From contig QPGO01000032.1 of NCBI GenBank assembly GCA_008632985.1, positions 431,330 through 495,329 on the forward strand: DNA of 64,000 bases, given 5' to 3'. Source of the DNA: Psammoneis japonica (lineage: Eukaryota). A program made the position numbers and the translations under genes. The notes under the pieces were generated by a model that had not been told where the DNA came from, ran no database searches, and saw nothing but the letters and a program-made list of their open reading frames with translations. Below are positions 12,695-25,747 of this stretch, one piece after another. Positions within the stretch are counted from its first letter, which is position 1. Every line of letters begins with the position of its first letter.

Positions 12695-13114
12695 TATTCC
12701 TGTACCTCTTGCAACGAAACGAATCAATCACCTGTGAACAACAACAACAACTTACCGCTTTCCAACATTGTTTTTCCCGCCGACATTTTTTCAAAAATTA
12801 AGATGGCGGCAAGACTGAAATTTCAAAATCTACAGTCTTCTTCGTATTGCTTCTACATGCACATATCTTGTGTAGATTGTAGGAACGGTCGGTAGGCAAA
12901 ATTCTCACCTCAACGGAAGTGCGCTTCAATCGCGCGATCAGAAAAAGTTCCGTTCGTTTCTACGGAACTTCAACAAGCGTATCTTCCTCCATCTTGCAAG
13001 TGCGGGTTCGCCAACGAATCTTGCCTTGAAATGCGAACCCCAAAAATGGCAAGGCAAGAACAAAACATCTCATAAAAAAAGAAAACAGAAAATAGAAAGC
13101 CAAAAAGCACTGTC

Positions 13115-16100
13115 ATGTCTACCGACCTCAAGCGCTACGTTGGCCTCAGCCCTCAGGGTGGTCAGGCCACGGCGGTCAATCGCGATTCAATTCGCCGCAT
13201 CATTGCCGTCAAACTCGCGTCTCAAGGATTCGACGTTCCTACTGATCAGAACAAGGACGAAGGAGATCTTTTGAACCTCGCGTCGGACCTGTTTCGTGTC
13301 TACCTGGAGCAGTCCCGTTTGTTGGAATCGCACCTTTGTCCGATTGATCAACGCGTACAAGACTTTTTAGCCGACGCTCTGAAGGAAACGGGAGAGCCCA
13401 TTCCTCAGCTCCCACGCAAGTCACTCGTGGTGGATCGCTTTGGTATCGCCAAGGAACTTTCCTTTCCTGAAAACGCCGATGAGTTCCACAATTCCGAGAT
13501 TTCTAGTTATCGTCTAGACAAGGGCGGAGTCTTGCACAACCCTCTCAAGGACAAGCGCACCACCAAGGGTGTCTTTCACGTTGCCGATTATGGATTGCCC
13601 GTGCCGGCCGACAAGATTGCCGTGCCACCCGTCACGTATGCACGACTTCTCGCCAAGGCCTTTGATCCACCGTCGCAACTCAATCAACTCCCCTACACGG
13701 CCGATTGGGAAACGCCCGCTGAAACCATGGTGAGTCTTCAGCTTCGCCCTCTAGCGTGCCCTCAAGTACCGGGAGTGCATCCCGAAAAGCGTCTCGAGGT
13801 GCGATTCTTTGTTCCGGGGGCTGTGTGGCCAATCTGGACTTTGTCGAGAGCATTTTTGGCAATGCTGGTGACCCCAATTTGCCCGTCAATGATGCTGGAT
13901 TGGATACCGACCATTGGACGGGAACTACCGGTTGTGTTGTTCTTGCACCCCACTTGCGTCAATGCAAGAAAAGGATCTCGGTTTGCCCAACATTAAGGAT
14001 GCTACAGAAAAGCAAAAGGCGACCGGCATGTGTTGGGAGGATCCCGATGAACTCTACAATCGTGGAGAGTCCTTCAAGATTACGCTTCGCGACCACCGCG
14101 GAATTATGGTGACGATTTTAGCGGATAATTATTTTGGATACTGCAAAAAGGAAGTCAAGACGCAAATTGGACTCACCGCCAATGTCTTTGGACTGGCCGA
14201 AGAGGAGCATGCCGGTGGAGCGCTTGCCTTTAAGGCTGTGAATCTCGGAGAAAACTTTGCTCCAATCCACGATACATGAAGACTATTGTGCCTTCCAAGG
14301 CTGTGGAGAATACGTACTCGTTTGAGGATGCCGTCAAGTTGATGGGTGACTCTGTCACGGTTCATCCAGAAGGATACGGTAAGTTCTGATAAATCTCATG
14401 TGTTGTGTTTGTGAGATGCTGTTCGTCGTCACTCATTCGTTCAATTTAAATTTCCGCAGCCACGACAAGACGTATTCTGATATTCATATTCTACCCGAAG
14501 ACATGGAGCTATCGGTACAGACACAGTCGGCAACCTTTACCGACAAGACGTCTGGAGAAAAGAAGACGATTCGTCTCCTACCAAACCACACGTACGTCCA
14601 TCCCAGTGGATACAAGGTTCGTGTCAACCGCCACCCCAACGCTCCCAAGTGGCGCTTGATTGGAACGCTCGCCGAACCCACCTTTTGTCACAAGCCGTCC
14701 ACGGTGAGCGGTGGAGGGAAATCGGAAATTTCCAAAAGTCTCAACGACGCCGTCATTCACGGTCCCATCTTTATTGGAGAGTACGACGAGGATATGGCTG
14801 TGGTGGAGAGTATTATCAACCGCGACTACAGCGATTGCATTCTTGACGAATTCAAACCCTTCCACAGTGACCCGTCGCGTCCGATTCTAACCACGGATCG
14901 TACTTTGGGATCGGTAATCAAGCTATTGACTCCGATGATATTTATACTCCGAGCACAATGAGTTTGTGGAAAAGATTCCGAACCATATTCGGGCCATTGT
15001 CTTTGCTATCAAGAGCAGCTACAAACGCGACATGGGATCCGATTGGAAATCCCACTTTACGGTGGACATTACAAACGGGGTGCCGGGACACGAGTTGAAG
15101 TTTGACGGACGAAACCTTGTTGGATCCTATCTCCGTGTCGGTCTCTGGAAGAACGGAACGTGGCGAAACTACAAGATGCGTCAGGACTTTATTGCCGCCG
15201 ATAAGGTACAAACCGAAGACGACATTACGGCTTCTGTCGTTGTTCCTCGTGAGCAGATTCCCGGACTTCCCGCAGAGTACGACCGATACCCATCGTTGAA
15301 AATTTCGCAAAACTGCGAGTGGCGTCTCTTTCAAAGGCCGGATGATGCGATTCATCCAGGCTATGACAAGCAGACCGAGATTGACATGTCGTCAACCGGT
15401 CTATTCTGCTCCAATTTCCAACCCTTCCGATCGGCCGATATGAAGGAGTTTACAGAGGAGCTCTATTTCTACGACCTCTTCACCGATCCCATGAAGAAAC
15501 ACATGACGGATGCTGCCAACAGCGACGGCGTCAACATTTGCTCTGCCAAGCCGAGACTTGTTGAAGGCAAGCCAACCAAGAACCCGCGATACTTGCAGGT
15601 CCGTCCGGATGTCACTGTTCCGAGGGATCGCTACTTGGCAGAACTTGGCGCCAGGCTTTACCGGAGGGTGTCTGTCGAGGAGCCGTGTACATTCCCGGTT
15701 GTCGGAGTCCTGGGTGGTCGTAGGAACAACCCTCCCGATGAGCTCAATGGTATGAAGATTCGACCTCTCTGCGTCTACAACCCTATTCATTACCAAGAAC
15801 TTCCAGAGCTCTTCATGGACTACGTTTGCTGTGTCACGGGCAAGAGTCCCAGCACGACGGGTGCAGGATCCGAGGGAGCACTGAGCAAGGGGCCGTTCAA
15901 TGCCATTGGTGCTACCGCCGACCTTAACAACATGCTCGTCTCCATGATTCTCACTCAGTACGGTGGATTCAGCAGTGCCGCCGGATGGATTGGTCCCAAC
16001 TACCGCGTCGATCACGACATTAGTTTGCTCGTCCCGGAGCTGTGGTGCCGTATGACTCCTGAAGAGCGCGATCCAGAATTCTTGATCAAGAAGAAGTTCC

Positions 16101-16753
16101 TCGAGCCCGTGGAGGACTTTGAGTATGAAGGACGCATGATCCCTGCTTCTCGTCTGGGCTACCGCATCACGAAGCGCTTTGTCCACTACTTCTTCTGTCG
16201 CATTTTCGATAATCCCAACGGTGTCTTTGAAGAAGACATGTTGCAGCCCGAGACACAGGACATGGCAGTCTTTGTGGATGGAATCGAGAATATCGCACAA
16301 GCCATGGAGAAATCAGCCAAGCTCTACTTTGAAGATGGAATCATTGAAGATGCTTGCCCGCCACTCAGGGCTATTCTTCACGTCATGGCGTACGGTCACT
16401 ACAATGGCAAGTCCATCAAGGATCCTGAAATCCGTAGCATGTTTACGCGTGAAGCGCTGCTTAGCAGCAAGTGGTACAATGCACGTCTCGCAAAGAAGCA
16501 GAGCTGGGACGTTGCTCTTTGGGAGCGCAATGTGGCCTACCTTGAATCCTTTATGAAGCGCCCTGGATACGACGACATGTCGAAACAACTACAGCTGGCC
16601 AAGCGTTTGGAGGAAGGTCAGAAGCAGCTTGAATTCGTCAAGAGCGAAGCTTACATCAAGCAGCTTGTCGGCACACTAGGAGCTGATCCAATCCACGATG
16701 GATACGTTTGGGTGGAGCACCCCGACGGCGCGGTCGTTCGAGACATTCAGTAA
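13115..16753 (+). CDS. Pyrophosphate-dependent (PPi-type) phosphoenolpyruvate carboxykinase, about 1150-1200 aa; apparent frameshifts
   Basis: Motifs characteristic of the Entamoeba/Propionibacterium PPi-PEPCK family: GVLHNP.KDKRTTKGVFHVA, VANLDFVESIFGNAGDP, ADNYFGYCKKEVKTQI, EEEHAGGALAF, CHKPSTVSGGGKSEISKS, SLTGKSPSTTGAGSEGAL-like. Intron at 14379-14459. Frame breaks near 13820, 13970, 14275 and 14940. Confidence 0.88.
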
Positions 16754-17215
16754 AGCAACTCTCTTCGAGATTGCAGTAGGAATTACATTTTAGATTTTGC
16801 ATATTACAATTCTACGGTAGCACTCTTCAATTTCTAGAGTCCGTGTCGCGACATCATAATAAACATGTCGAAAGAATAGGTCCTCTCGAAAAGATTAGAG
16901 TACGAGAAGCATACCGAAACATATAAAGTAATTTTATCAGATCCGACGTTGCAAATCTTCCTCGACGCTTTCGCCAGTGACAAGCTGACGAAAGGGAGGT
17001 AATAAGACAGCGCAGAAAAAAGGAAACGTGAAATCAAAATACGTCGTTTTGCTTGACGTTTCACGGCTGCAAGCAAGTGAAACGATTTACATGAACTCTC
17101 GTCTTGGCAGCCCTAGAGGCACATCATGTCGCTCCCTGTTGCACAAAGCTACCGTATGGACCATGGAGATAGATCCTCGACGATGATTCCCAACCGTTGA
17201 AGATCTAGAGGCGCA

Positions 17216-18130
17216 CTAGAGGCACCTACTCTTTCCTGCACGCCTCCAACGGGCCACATTGCATGCAGCTTTGTGGTTCTGCTGCCAATCCTTGGCAATG
17301 CAATCATCACTGCAATACCATACGACGTAGCATCTGTTGCACACCTTCAAAACAACTTGTTCCATCCAGCAAATCGCCCTACCGGCCCACTTTCTGACAT
17401 CACTGTCAACATGGCGTTGGATTGCTTTCTTCATGACGTCGTCGCCGCCAGCAGCAAGCACCACCGACGGATTCCCACCAAGATGCAAGGCGGACAATAT
17501 TGCTGCTCCTCCACACAAGTCAGAACATTTGGGACGCCTCCATCGCCATATGAAATGACTTCTGACAGGACGATAGGCCTTGAAAAAAAAAAGTCCGAGT
17601 GCAAGAATAAGACGCATTGCGCATTGCTTCTTCAACAATGTTCGTTTGCATTTCGCCATCCGTGACGTGGTTCAGCAGGAACAAGTCTTATGCTGTGACT
17701 ACCCCATGCACTTGGATGGATATGGCTATCGTTTGATCGTGAGCCATCGAGGCCAACAATGTCAATATGAGATCGACCTACAACTTCTTTCGCGAACTCT
17801 GGGATTTCGCAAAAGCACCCACGCTGACCTCTCAGAGCGAGAAGAATGACCGGAATTCCACCAACCTGTACAACAGCCCGTTTGTTTTCCAAGTCCTCTT
17901 TGTAGTTTCTCGAAGCAATAGAGAGAAAAAAGATGCAACCCCACAATTGAGAACCGCACTGATGTCTCCAATCCGGACAAGCGCACGACTGGAACGGCTT
18001 TTCTTTTTGGCAATGACATCCATGAGATCCGCCAAGACATTACAGGCCCTCCTATCGTCTTGTTCGGACGACGGATTGCTCTGAAGATTGCTTAGAGACA
18101 AGCTCTGAGATTGATTCGCTCGTGTGCGCG
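17216..18130 (-). pseudogene. ARM-like + MYND zinc-finger protein, fragmented
   Basis: C-terminal VCNRCYVVWYCSDDCIAKDWQQNHKAAC is a zf-MYND half motif. Upstream helical ARM-like fragments (ENKRAVVQVGGIPVILLAL) lie in different frames. Could be an intact gene with errors or unresolved introns. Confidence 0.55.
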
Positions 18131-18558
18131 ATCATCTTGCTTGGGTGCGTCGGTTGCCTGCGGCTTTGCTTTAGCTCTGTTGCGTCTGCTCTTTTTCCCC
18201 ATGGTCGAATCAATTTACTTCGAAGCGCTACAGTATATCGTTGTACAGTAGTTGTGAGTTGCAGTGGATGGAGAACGCTCTGAGCAGAGAACGGCGTCGC
18301 TGATGTCGATGTCATTGCCGACTCCCTCCAGTCTGTCTTTCAGTCGGTTTCTTATCTCATTCCCGTACACCGTACGGACATTACTGAACATCACTGTACA
18401 AATATACACTACGTAGGAATACGTAGATCACCGTAAGTCAAGAAGATGCGAACAAAATCGAACGAAATCGAACGCACCCGGAAACGGCAGATCGCGCGGT
18501 GCTTTCTTGCTCTCACAATTTCCTCGCAAAGCAAATTTTCGCAACCGCTGTAAAAACA

Positions 18559-19554
18559 ATGGCTCCATTGCAGTGCTCGGCAACAAACGCGGCACTGCTC
18601 GCTTCTGCGGCATCGAGGCCCACTTCGTTTGTCCAACGGGCCCGTAAATTAAATCTCCCGACCAGGGATGAGATGCTACGTCGCGCCCCGTCGGTCACTC
18701 GTTTCTGGTCAGACAACGCGGATCTGTTGGAGAAGGCTTGGAATGAATGGCCAGGCACAACTGAAGGACAGACGCTTCCCGCTCTTCATGACTCCATCAT
18801 TGATCCAATGCTTCGTCATGCTGTGGAGGAGGCTTGGAAGGATCCTAGCAAAGAACATCTGGTGAAAGACTTATGGCAAGAAGTTTCTCCAGGTGTGTAT
18901 CAATGTCAATTTTTCGATCCAGACAAGATTCATGTTGTCAGAGAATACTTGGACAAAGCCGCCGAGGCAGGTATTCCGACTCGTCCTCCTTATGGAATTG
19001 TGCTTAACCGCAATGGTTTCATGTTGGACAAGCGATCCATTGGATATCTTGCAATACCGGAGTTCCAGAAGTTCTACAGAAACTTGATGGATACATACAT
19101 GCGCCCACTAGGACGACTCTTCTTTCCACAATACATTGGAAAGGATGAAGACTCAGAGACGTTTGGTTTCACCATTCAGTATCAAGCGGGAAAAGATCAG
19201 TCCATCCGACAGCATAGTGATTCATCCTCGTTGACACTCAACATAAATTTGAATTCTCCAACGGGAGAAGAATACTCGGGCTCTTCTCTCTATTTTGTGG
19301 ATCCTCTCACCGGAGATAAGAATGTGGTTAAATTTGCTCCTGGAGTTGCAATCATGCATCGTGGAGCGACGCAGCATGCTGCCCTTCCCATTACGAGCGG
19401 TGAACGGTCCAACATGGTGCTATGGCTTTACGGAAAAGACGGGCACCGAGGGTACTATCCGTACAGGTCGGAGGAGCAAATGAGTCCCGAGGAGCGCTGG
19501 ACAAAGCCTACACAAGAGGACTATGAATCCATGGATACGTGGGCGCCGTTTTAA
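18559..19554 (+). CDS. 2-oxoglutarate/Fe(II)-dependent dioxygenase (OGFOD2/PKHD-type)
   Basis: Uninterrupted ORF. HxD motif (QHSDSSSLTLNINL), distal His (HRGATQHAALPITSGERSNMVLW) and the 2OG-binding Arg. Confidence 0.88.
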   Translation: MAPLQCSATNAALLASAASRPTSFVQRARKLNLPTRDEMLRRAPSVTRFWSDNADLLEKAWNEWPGTTEGQTLPALHDSIIDPMLRHAVEEAWKDPSKEHLVKDLWQEVSPGVYQCQFFDPDKIHVVREYLDKAAEAGIPTRPPYGIVLNRNGFMLDKRSIGYLAIPEFQKFYRNLMDTYMRPLGRLFFPQYIGKDEDSETFGFTIQYQAGKDQSIRQHSDSSSLTLNINLNSPTGEEYSGSSLYFVDPLTGDKNVVKFAPGVAIMHRGATQHAALPITSGERSNMVLWLYGKDGHRGYYPYRSEEQMSPEERWTKPTQEDYESMDTWAPF

Positions 19555-20425
19555 TTTTAGAAGAAGATTGTAGATAGTAGCAGAAGCTTTGTTATTTTAG
19601 TAAAGGAAGTTTTCGCCATACTCTTTGTTTTTTTGTCGTCAAAACTTTCTTGAATGAAGTAGACACAATAAATTATTATTGCCTTGTAAGCATTGTAGTC
19701 CAAACTAGTAGGTGAATACTATGATGATAACACTACCTCTTTTAGTGACTCGCAACCCACTACTTAATCCTCGCGCACCAGCTCACTGCACTGCTTTCCA
19801 GAGAAGGAAACTTGGTCGCCCAATCAGGATTTTTAATATCCTTTACATGGCATGCTACGAAGTAATGTGAAACCATGGTGTCCCATATCGTTAGCAGAGA
19901 TTCGATTCCTATACTTCTAATACATCCTCGAACTTTGGCTTCGAGCTTACCGTGCAGGCAATGAGTCTAAGTAGATCTTGGCAACGGGTATCGCAAACAA
20001 GTTAAAGAGTTGGGATGCGCAGTCATCATGTTCTTTCGACGTTGCGACTTGTTGCCACAAACTACTCTAGCGGTCCCAGAAGATGAAGGAGGAATCGGTC
20101 AAAGCCGCAAAAACGTTCGTCTTCGTGGAAGAAGGCACTACGAACGCCGTCAAAGGTATAGATTGCAAGAACCAAGTTCACCGCTTGTTCCATTGGGATT
20201 GAACTTTCGAACAGCTGCACGAACTCTCCTACAAAGTGATGCCATTTTTTGGGATGGTCCTGTACTTGTTCTCTCTTAAACCTGGTAAGAGCAGCAAGCA
20301 CCGCTGTACGTTAGATCAAAATGCACTACTGTCACGTCAGATTGAATCCACCACCGCGTGCTAATTTACCGGTACGCGTTCTCCGTTGCCGCGATCGTTC
20401 CTCTCGGATATGCGCCTGCGATTTA

Positions 20426-23255
20426 CTAACTGGAAACGATATCCATGCTAGGTCTTTCAGGAGCAATGGCAGGATAGAACAAATTGTTTTCATTTGCTCC
20501 CGGCACTTTGGGGAGAAGATCGTCTCCCCACTTCCTAAACTGAATTACAGTCCCAGCTTGCTCGTCGCTGTGAAAGCCAGTCATCGTTCCAAAGTCTACA
20601 ACTTCTTCCGAGGCGTTGAATATCTTGGAAGATGTGGTATTGCTTCTCCCACTGGTGCCTCCGTAACCTCCAGCACGCCGCCTCTTGTTACTGGATCGCC
20701 TCCATGAGTCACCAGTCACGACAAACCCTCGCTTAGGGACGTTTGGGTGGTCCGGTCCTTCAGAAAACAAATCATTTCGTGGTAGGGAAGGACCATCACT
20801 ACGCAGGGAGATTGCAGATCCATTCGAAGTAACGTTGGACTTTCGTTCTGTCCACCAATTCTTCAATCCTTTAACATGATTCGATATGTCGTCTGCCGAC
20901 ATTAAGTCATGCTCTTGCTTTAGGGCTTGAAACTCAAACGCGCTCTGCTGAGTCATAGCGTTGATTTTGCTGCTAATGGTCTTAGCTAGCTCAAAACCTT
21001 GGCACGCGCAATCAAAAAGATCATCACACTCAGACGCTTTCGATTCGCCGTCCGCGTACTTTGATGTTGGAATCTGCTCAAGGGACTGCAGCGCAAGATC
21101 CGAAAAGGTGGTGGCCGCGTAGTAACACTCTACGCCTAGTGCAACTCTGTCTTCCAACACCTCTTCCATTGTTGGTGCCTTAATGTCTGTGCTAATAAAC
21201 AAGGCTGTAACGCTCTCAAAGGTAGTTTGAGCATCCTTTCGTCGACCTTGACGCCATAAAGCATTTCCCAGCCATCGGGTCGCGAGGCAAAAGAGTTGGT
21301 CAGCACACGTTATATCTGACGCAATTTCAACGCGACTGGAACCATAGTCGGTACCGTCTTTGATTGCTCGTTCTTTCAACTCTCTAGATGACTCCTGGGC
21401 TAGCTTTAGTTCTCGCATCCCCTGATTCATAATGGATGTCTTCTTTCCCATCAGCAAGCCACGTTCGACAAGGGATATGCCCAAGTTGGTGTGAGCACGT
21501 CCTCCGAGAAGCAGAAGGTTCCGACGAATCATACAGGATTCTTCTCTTGATAAGTTTGCTCTTGATTCCGTATCAAAATACTGCTCTTGGTGCGTAGCTT
21601 GTTGCTGTTCGACCAAATCGACCGCTTCGCGAAATAGCTTTTCGGCCTCTACGAGATGGACGCCCTCTATTTTGACTGGGTCTTTCTCGTGCAGCGTAGC
21701 TTGTAAAGAAAGCAGGAAATTACCCAATGTCATAACCGACTCACGCAGAGACTCTCGCGCGTCCCAAATCTATGAAGCCAAGAAGGAAAAGGGATCTTGA
21801 GAGCATAATTTCCAAGTCGGTTACACTTTTTGCGGCAGACGTTTTACTTACCTCAACGGCGTCCTGATCAGCTTTGTTCAAGATACGGCTCAAAACACGT
21901 CTCAGACCCTTTGCTTGGATACGAGCAGCCTTGATTTCTCCGAGTAGTTCAATTGCTTCTTCGGTCAGCTCCTCATTCGCCTCTATCTCATCTTTTTCTT
22001 CAGTTTCTGCAATCTGGCGAGACGCTTGTAAGTCCTCCGCATTTACACCAAGGCCTGTCTTAATCTGGTTGAGAGATGATACTTCCTTTGGACTCGCCTG
22101 TTTTCGTTCGTCGACCCTTACTCGCAATCCAGCCGACTCAGACTGAGCTGGAGGACACTCCTCATCTTCGCTGTCATCGCTGTCAATGATACGCCTTTTC
22201 TTCCTCGCCACATTCTGTTTTTCTTTATCGGCTCCTAGAGTGCTTGATTCAGAAACTTTGCTATCCCTTGTAGCTGTCGTTTCATTGATCTTGTTCTTCA
22301 CCATGGGCAGTGCCATGGCTCGGTTCCATTTGGATTGAATGTTCCATCCGTTTGGTAGAACTCCGCCCTTGTGTGTGACTTGAAAGTTGTCAGCCAGCCG
22401 AGCGAGTTGAATCTCCTTTTTGTTTGGGATACTGATAGTAAGGCGTTCAGCCTTATCTAGAGTCACCATCTCGACGGTACACCCGGTCGTGTGCTTGAGA
22501 TTAAGTATTCTCAACACGTCACTGCGAAATGCAGCTCTAAGATTGTTCAATTCACTGTTTGCCCGACCAACAGACGCTTCGTGCTGATCCAAACATAATT
22601 CAAAGCTCTGAGCTCCATGATCCAAAAGCGAGTCCCAAATATTGGATTGACGCCCTTGTGAATTATTGCGACGACCAGACCTTATCGTGTACAAGGCATT
22701 CAATATTCTAGTCCGTATGCCGACAGCTTCTTGGAAGAACTCATCCCAGCCAAAACCCGTGTAACCACGTGGCGCAGAATACAAATGCGTATACCCATCT
22801 GATTGAGAAGACATGGTTGAAAGTTTTGACGGATACTTTTGAAGTGGAACGTCCCCAACATGACGACATTCGCCGGTAACCATCAACACGCTTCCATCTC
22901 GGAGTCGAATATAGTTCTGGAAGAAACGGCTGAGAATCGCAATAAGTCTGCTCGTGTCATTTGTATCGTGTACCTCTTGCCGCTCCAGTGCTCTAAGATA
23001 ATCCGAATTCCAGTAATGCTTCAAGGCCAAAATACCGTTCCAGAAACTGCATCGCTTGAGAGACAATTGCTTCAAAGCAAAACAGGCATGCTCCACGGCG
23101 TGGTTGGCATTTTTGATCTCTTCTCGCAGTTCCAACTCTGACAAACGACTCTTTTTCTTATGCTTGGTGATATACCACGATACAGACGCTTTGAGACCAT
23201 CACACGCCTCTTGTAACGCTGCTTGATCGACAGTTGTATCCAGAGAGTTCATCAT
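20426..23255 (-). CDS. Large multi-exon hypothetical protein with helical/TPR-like C-terminal part (probably further 3' exons toward about 19950)
   Basis: Two long ORFs (504 aa and 435 aa) separated by a likely intron near 21773-21850. GRAHTNLGISL..TPR-like segment. Normal host composition. Confidence 0.65.
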
Positions 23256-23392
23256 GATGCGTTCATCATGGTCGCCTGTCGCCTGCGCCGTTGGCCGTTG
23301 GCCGTTGGACCGTTGGACCTCGCGAAAAAAGCATTAGACCTCGCGAAAAAAGCGCAGGGCCCTACGGTACTCTACCAGCACAGGCGCGAGAC

Positions 23393-23862
23393 TAGCGACC
23401 GGCTAAATGCGCAGTGCGCATTTTTGAGTTTTTGGGGCTCATTTTGCGCTAAATGCGCAAAAATGCGCTTGTACGTAGAAACGTACCAGGATTCTACGTG
23501 GTGTCACACCAAAACGTTGCAACCTGCTCGTGATGAGCTAGCAACTGCACAGAAGTAATTGCCATAAAACTCACTATTACATACATTTGCAGCTATTGCC
23601 TACTCAAGCAAGTGATGGTCTTTGCTGTGCAGTCGTTCAAACATGAGGATCTCAAGAATCTCGCGCAGGGTCTGGCCACGGGCAATGGATTTGTGCGGTT
23701 ACGGTTCTTGAAGCTCGAGGCAGCGCGCAGACCGCGCGCAGTGTTGGAGGGGGGCTGTGACGTCATCGATCAGTACTGTATCTACGCAGAAACACGTAGC
23801 CAGTTTCAGCGCATTTTTGTGCGCAAAACCTGGTTTCGACGAGCGCATTTAGCCGGTCCTTA
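23393..23862. mobile_element. 470-bp non-autonomous hAT-type element with 8-bp TSD
   Basis: TIR TAGCGACCGGCTAAATGCGC versus the right-end reverse complement TAAGGACCGGCTAAATGCGC (16 bp perfect core). Identical 8-bp direct repeat CGCGAGAC at 23385-23392 and 23863-23870. Subterminal TGCGCA repeats. An 8-bp TSD with TA(G) ends is typical of hAT. Confidence 0.88.
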
Positions 23863-25747
23863 CGCGAGACGCACGAACACCATGACGATGAGCACCATCA
23901 CATCGGACGCAACGCGTCTCAGGATGACACAGCATCGTTCTCCACTTGCCCATTTCAAGGAGATGGTTCACAATGTGCTGAATCATCAGTGGTTAAAATT
24001 GGGCAAGTGGAGATTGTAAGCTGAGGAAAAAACAAAACCAGAAACTGAGAGGCATCTTTTGTTCTTTTTTGTCGTGATTATTTGTAATTTTGTATAATCC
24101 TAATCGTCAACCTTGGCGTCATAGATCGGTCGTACAAGTATTGGTGCCGTATGACCATCTTTGGCAATGGCAGTTCGAAAGTTGACGGATGCCTTGTTGG
24201 TACATGCCGTTAAGGTTATCTGGAGCATATTTCAGTGACATTATTGTGGATTGTGGACGGCAATCCGACGGAGCATTTCTGTGTCAAGATTGCGGTGCCG
24301 CACGCGACTCTACAGGCAAAAAATCAGTAAGAGCCGCTCGCATAGCCTGATGATTTCATGCCAGTCATCTAGATGGCATTTGTGAATGGCACCGGTACCG
24401 GTTGGTCATCGAAAAATTACGACCGTTGTCAGATTAGAAGTATCTCGAACCTTCGCTTTGCTGTTGCTGGCGGTGAGCCGGGAAAAGTGGCTCCTCATTG
24501 CGACGGTTTCATGCGTACGAGTAACGAGAATGGCATGCGTGCAGGCTGCTGCAGGACAGATTGAGCGGGTGGACGATGCTACTCATGTCATCTGCCTACG
24601 GCCGGACTCACTCGACTTGAATGGAGAGTCGGTGGTCCTCTTCCGGTCGGCTTCTTCTGTTTGCATGGTGTAAAGATCACTGATACCGACAAGAAGGAGA
24701 AGGGAGCAAGTTCAACGTGTGTGAATACTGTATGATTATAATCATGAAACTGGCAAGAAGTGCTAAATGCAGTATAAAGCATAATTTTTTTTGTAGAACA
24801 GCGACAAGATCCAGGTACAAACACTCTAGAGCGTATACAGAGACTTTTATGCGCACCCAGATGCAAGTTTGAAAAGAAAGTTGAGAAAGACAAATAGGTC
24901 ACTCTTCCTATTCGTTCTTTGGTTAGCAGACGAACTAACTTTTGTAGAAGCAACAGGAGCAGCATGACATGTGGTATCCATTAACACAAGGGAAAACAGA
25001 TGATTATATATGCTACAAGGTAACCATCACTAGGTTGAAACAAAGCATGATTTTCAGTTTGCACGACGGACGACTAACGATCCATTTTCAACGACCTGTG
25101 CGTCGCACACAAGCCACACTTGGGATAAAAGGTGATTCCCGCAATTGCTACGGCAACGGGAACTTCATCGTTGCACGGAAACGCGCCAGATAAAACCAAT
25201 GGGCAGCAGTGAATCTGGCAGTTCAGAGCGGCGCATCCATTGTCGGCGCATTTGCATCCCAGGCAGCAGCAAGGGCATAGACAGGGGGCTCCAGGCTTGC
25301 AACATAACTCGCCATTAAGACAACAAACACCACACTAATAAAAAGAAGAAAATCGTCAATAAGAAGTGAGATACATTGGATGGGCTACATCACGAATAAC
25401 GGCATGTTCAAACTTCAAACAGCATGTTTTCCAGTCGCAGCTTTCTCGACTCAAAAGATGATCTTACTTTGCCGCTGCATCCCAAACATCCTGCTGTAGG
25501 TAGGCAAGAAATATTCAGGCAACATAGTGCACAGCACAATATAAGGTTGTCCTCGTTGACAGCGTCGTCGCCGCAGCACATCGTGAATGAATCGCGATAT
25601 CTCTTTTCTCATCAGTTTTCGTTTTCATGCCATTTTTCTTTGTTTTTTCGATTTCGTGATTCGTGCGGGACTTGATTTTGTGACACCTGCAACGGTATAT
25701 ATCCAGAGCACATCATCCGAACTCCGAACGCGTATTGTCGGCACTTT

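Noticed and set aside
13800..14970. Multiple frameshifts in PPi-PEPCK (and in genes at 29.4-31.0, 59.2-62.7 and 63.3 kb) as programmed frameshifting or pseudogenes
   Set aside because: They are single-base indels, often at homopolymers, scattered across unrelated genes with otherwise intact motifs. Long-read consensus error is more parsimonious; needs read support.
15401..16300. 299-aa antisense ORF within PEPCK (and similar antisense ORFs at 60102-60896 and 33569-34093)
   Set aside because: Shadow ORFs of strongly biased coding sequence on the opposite strand.
23900..25700. Possible gene remnant in short ORFs
   Set aside because: No ORF with a recognisable motif or consistent exon structure could be supported.
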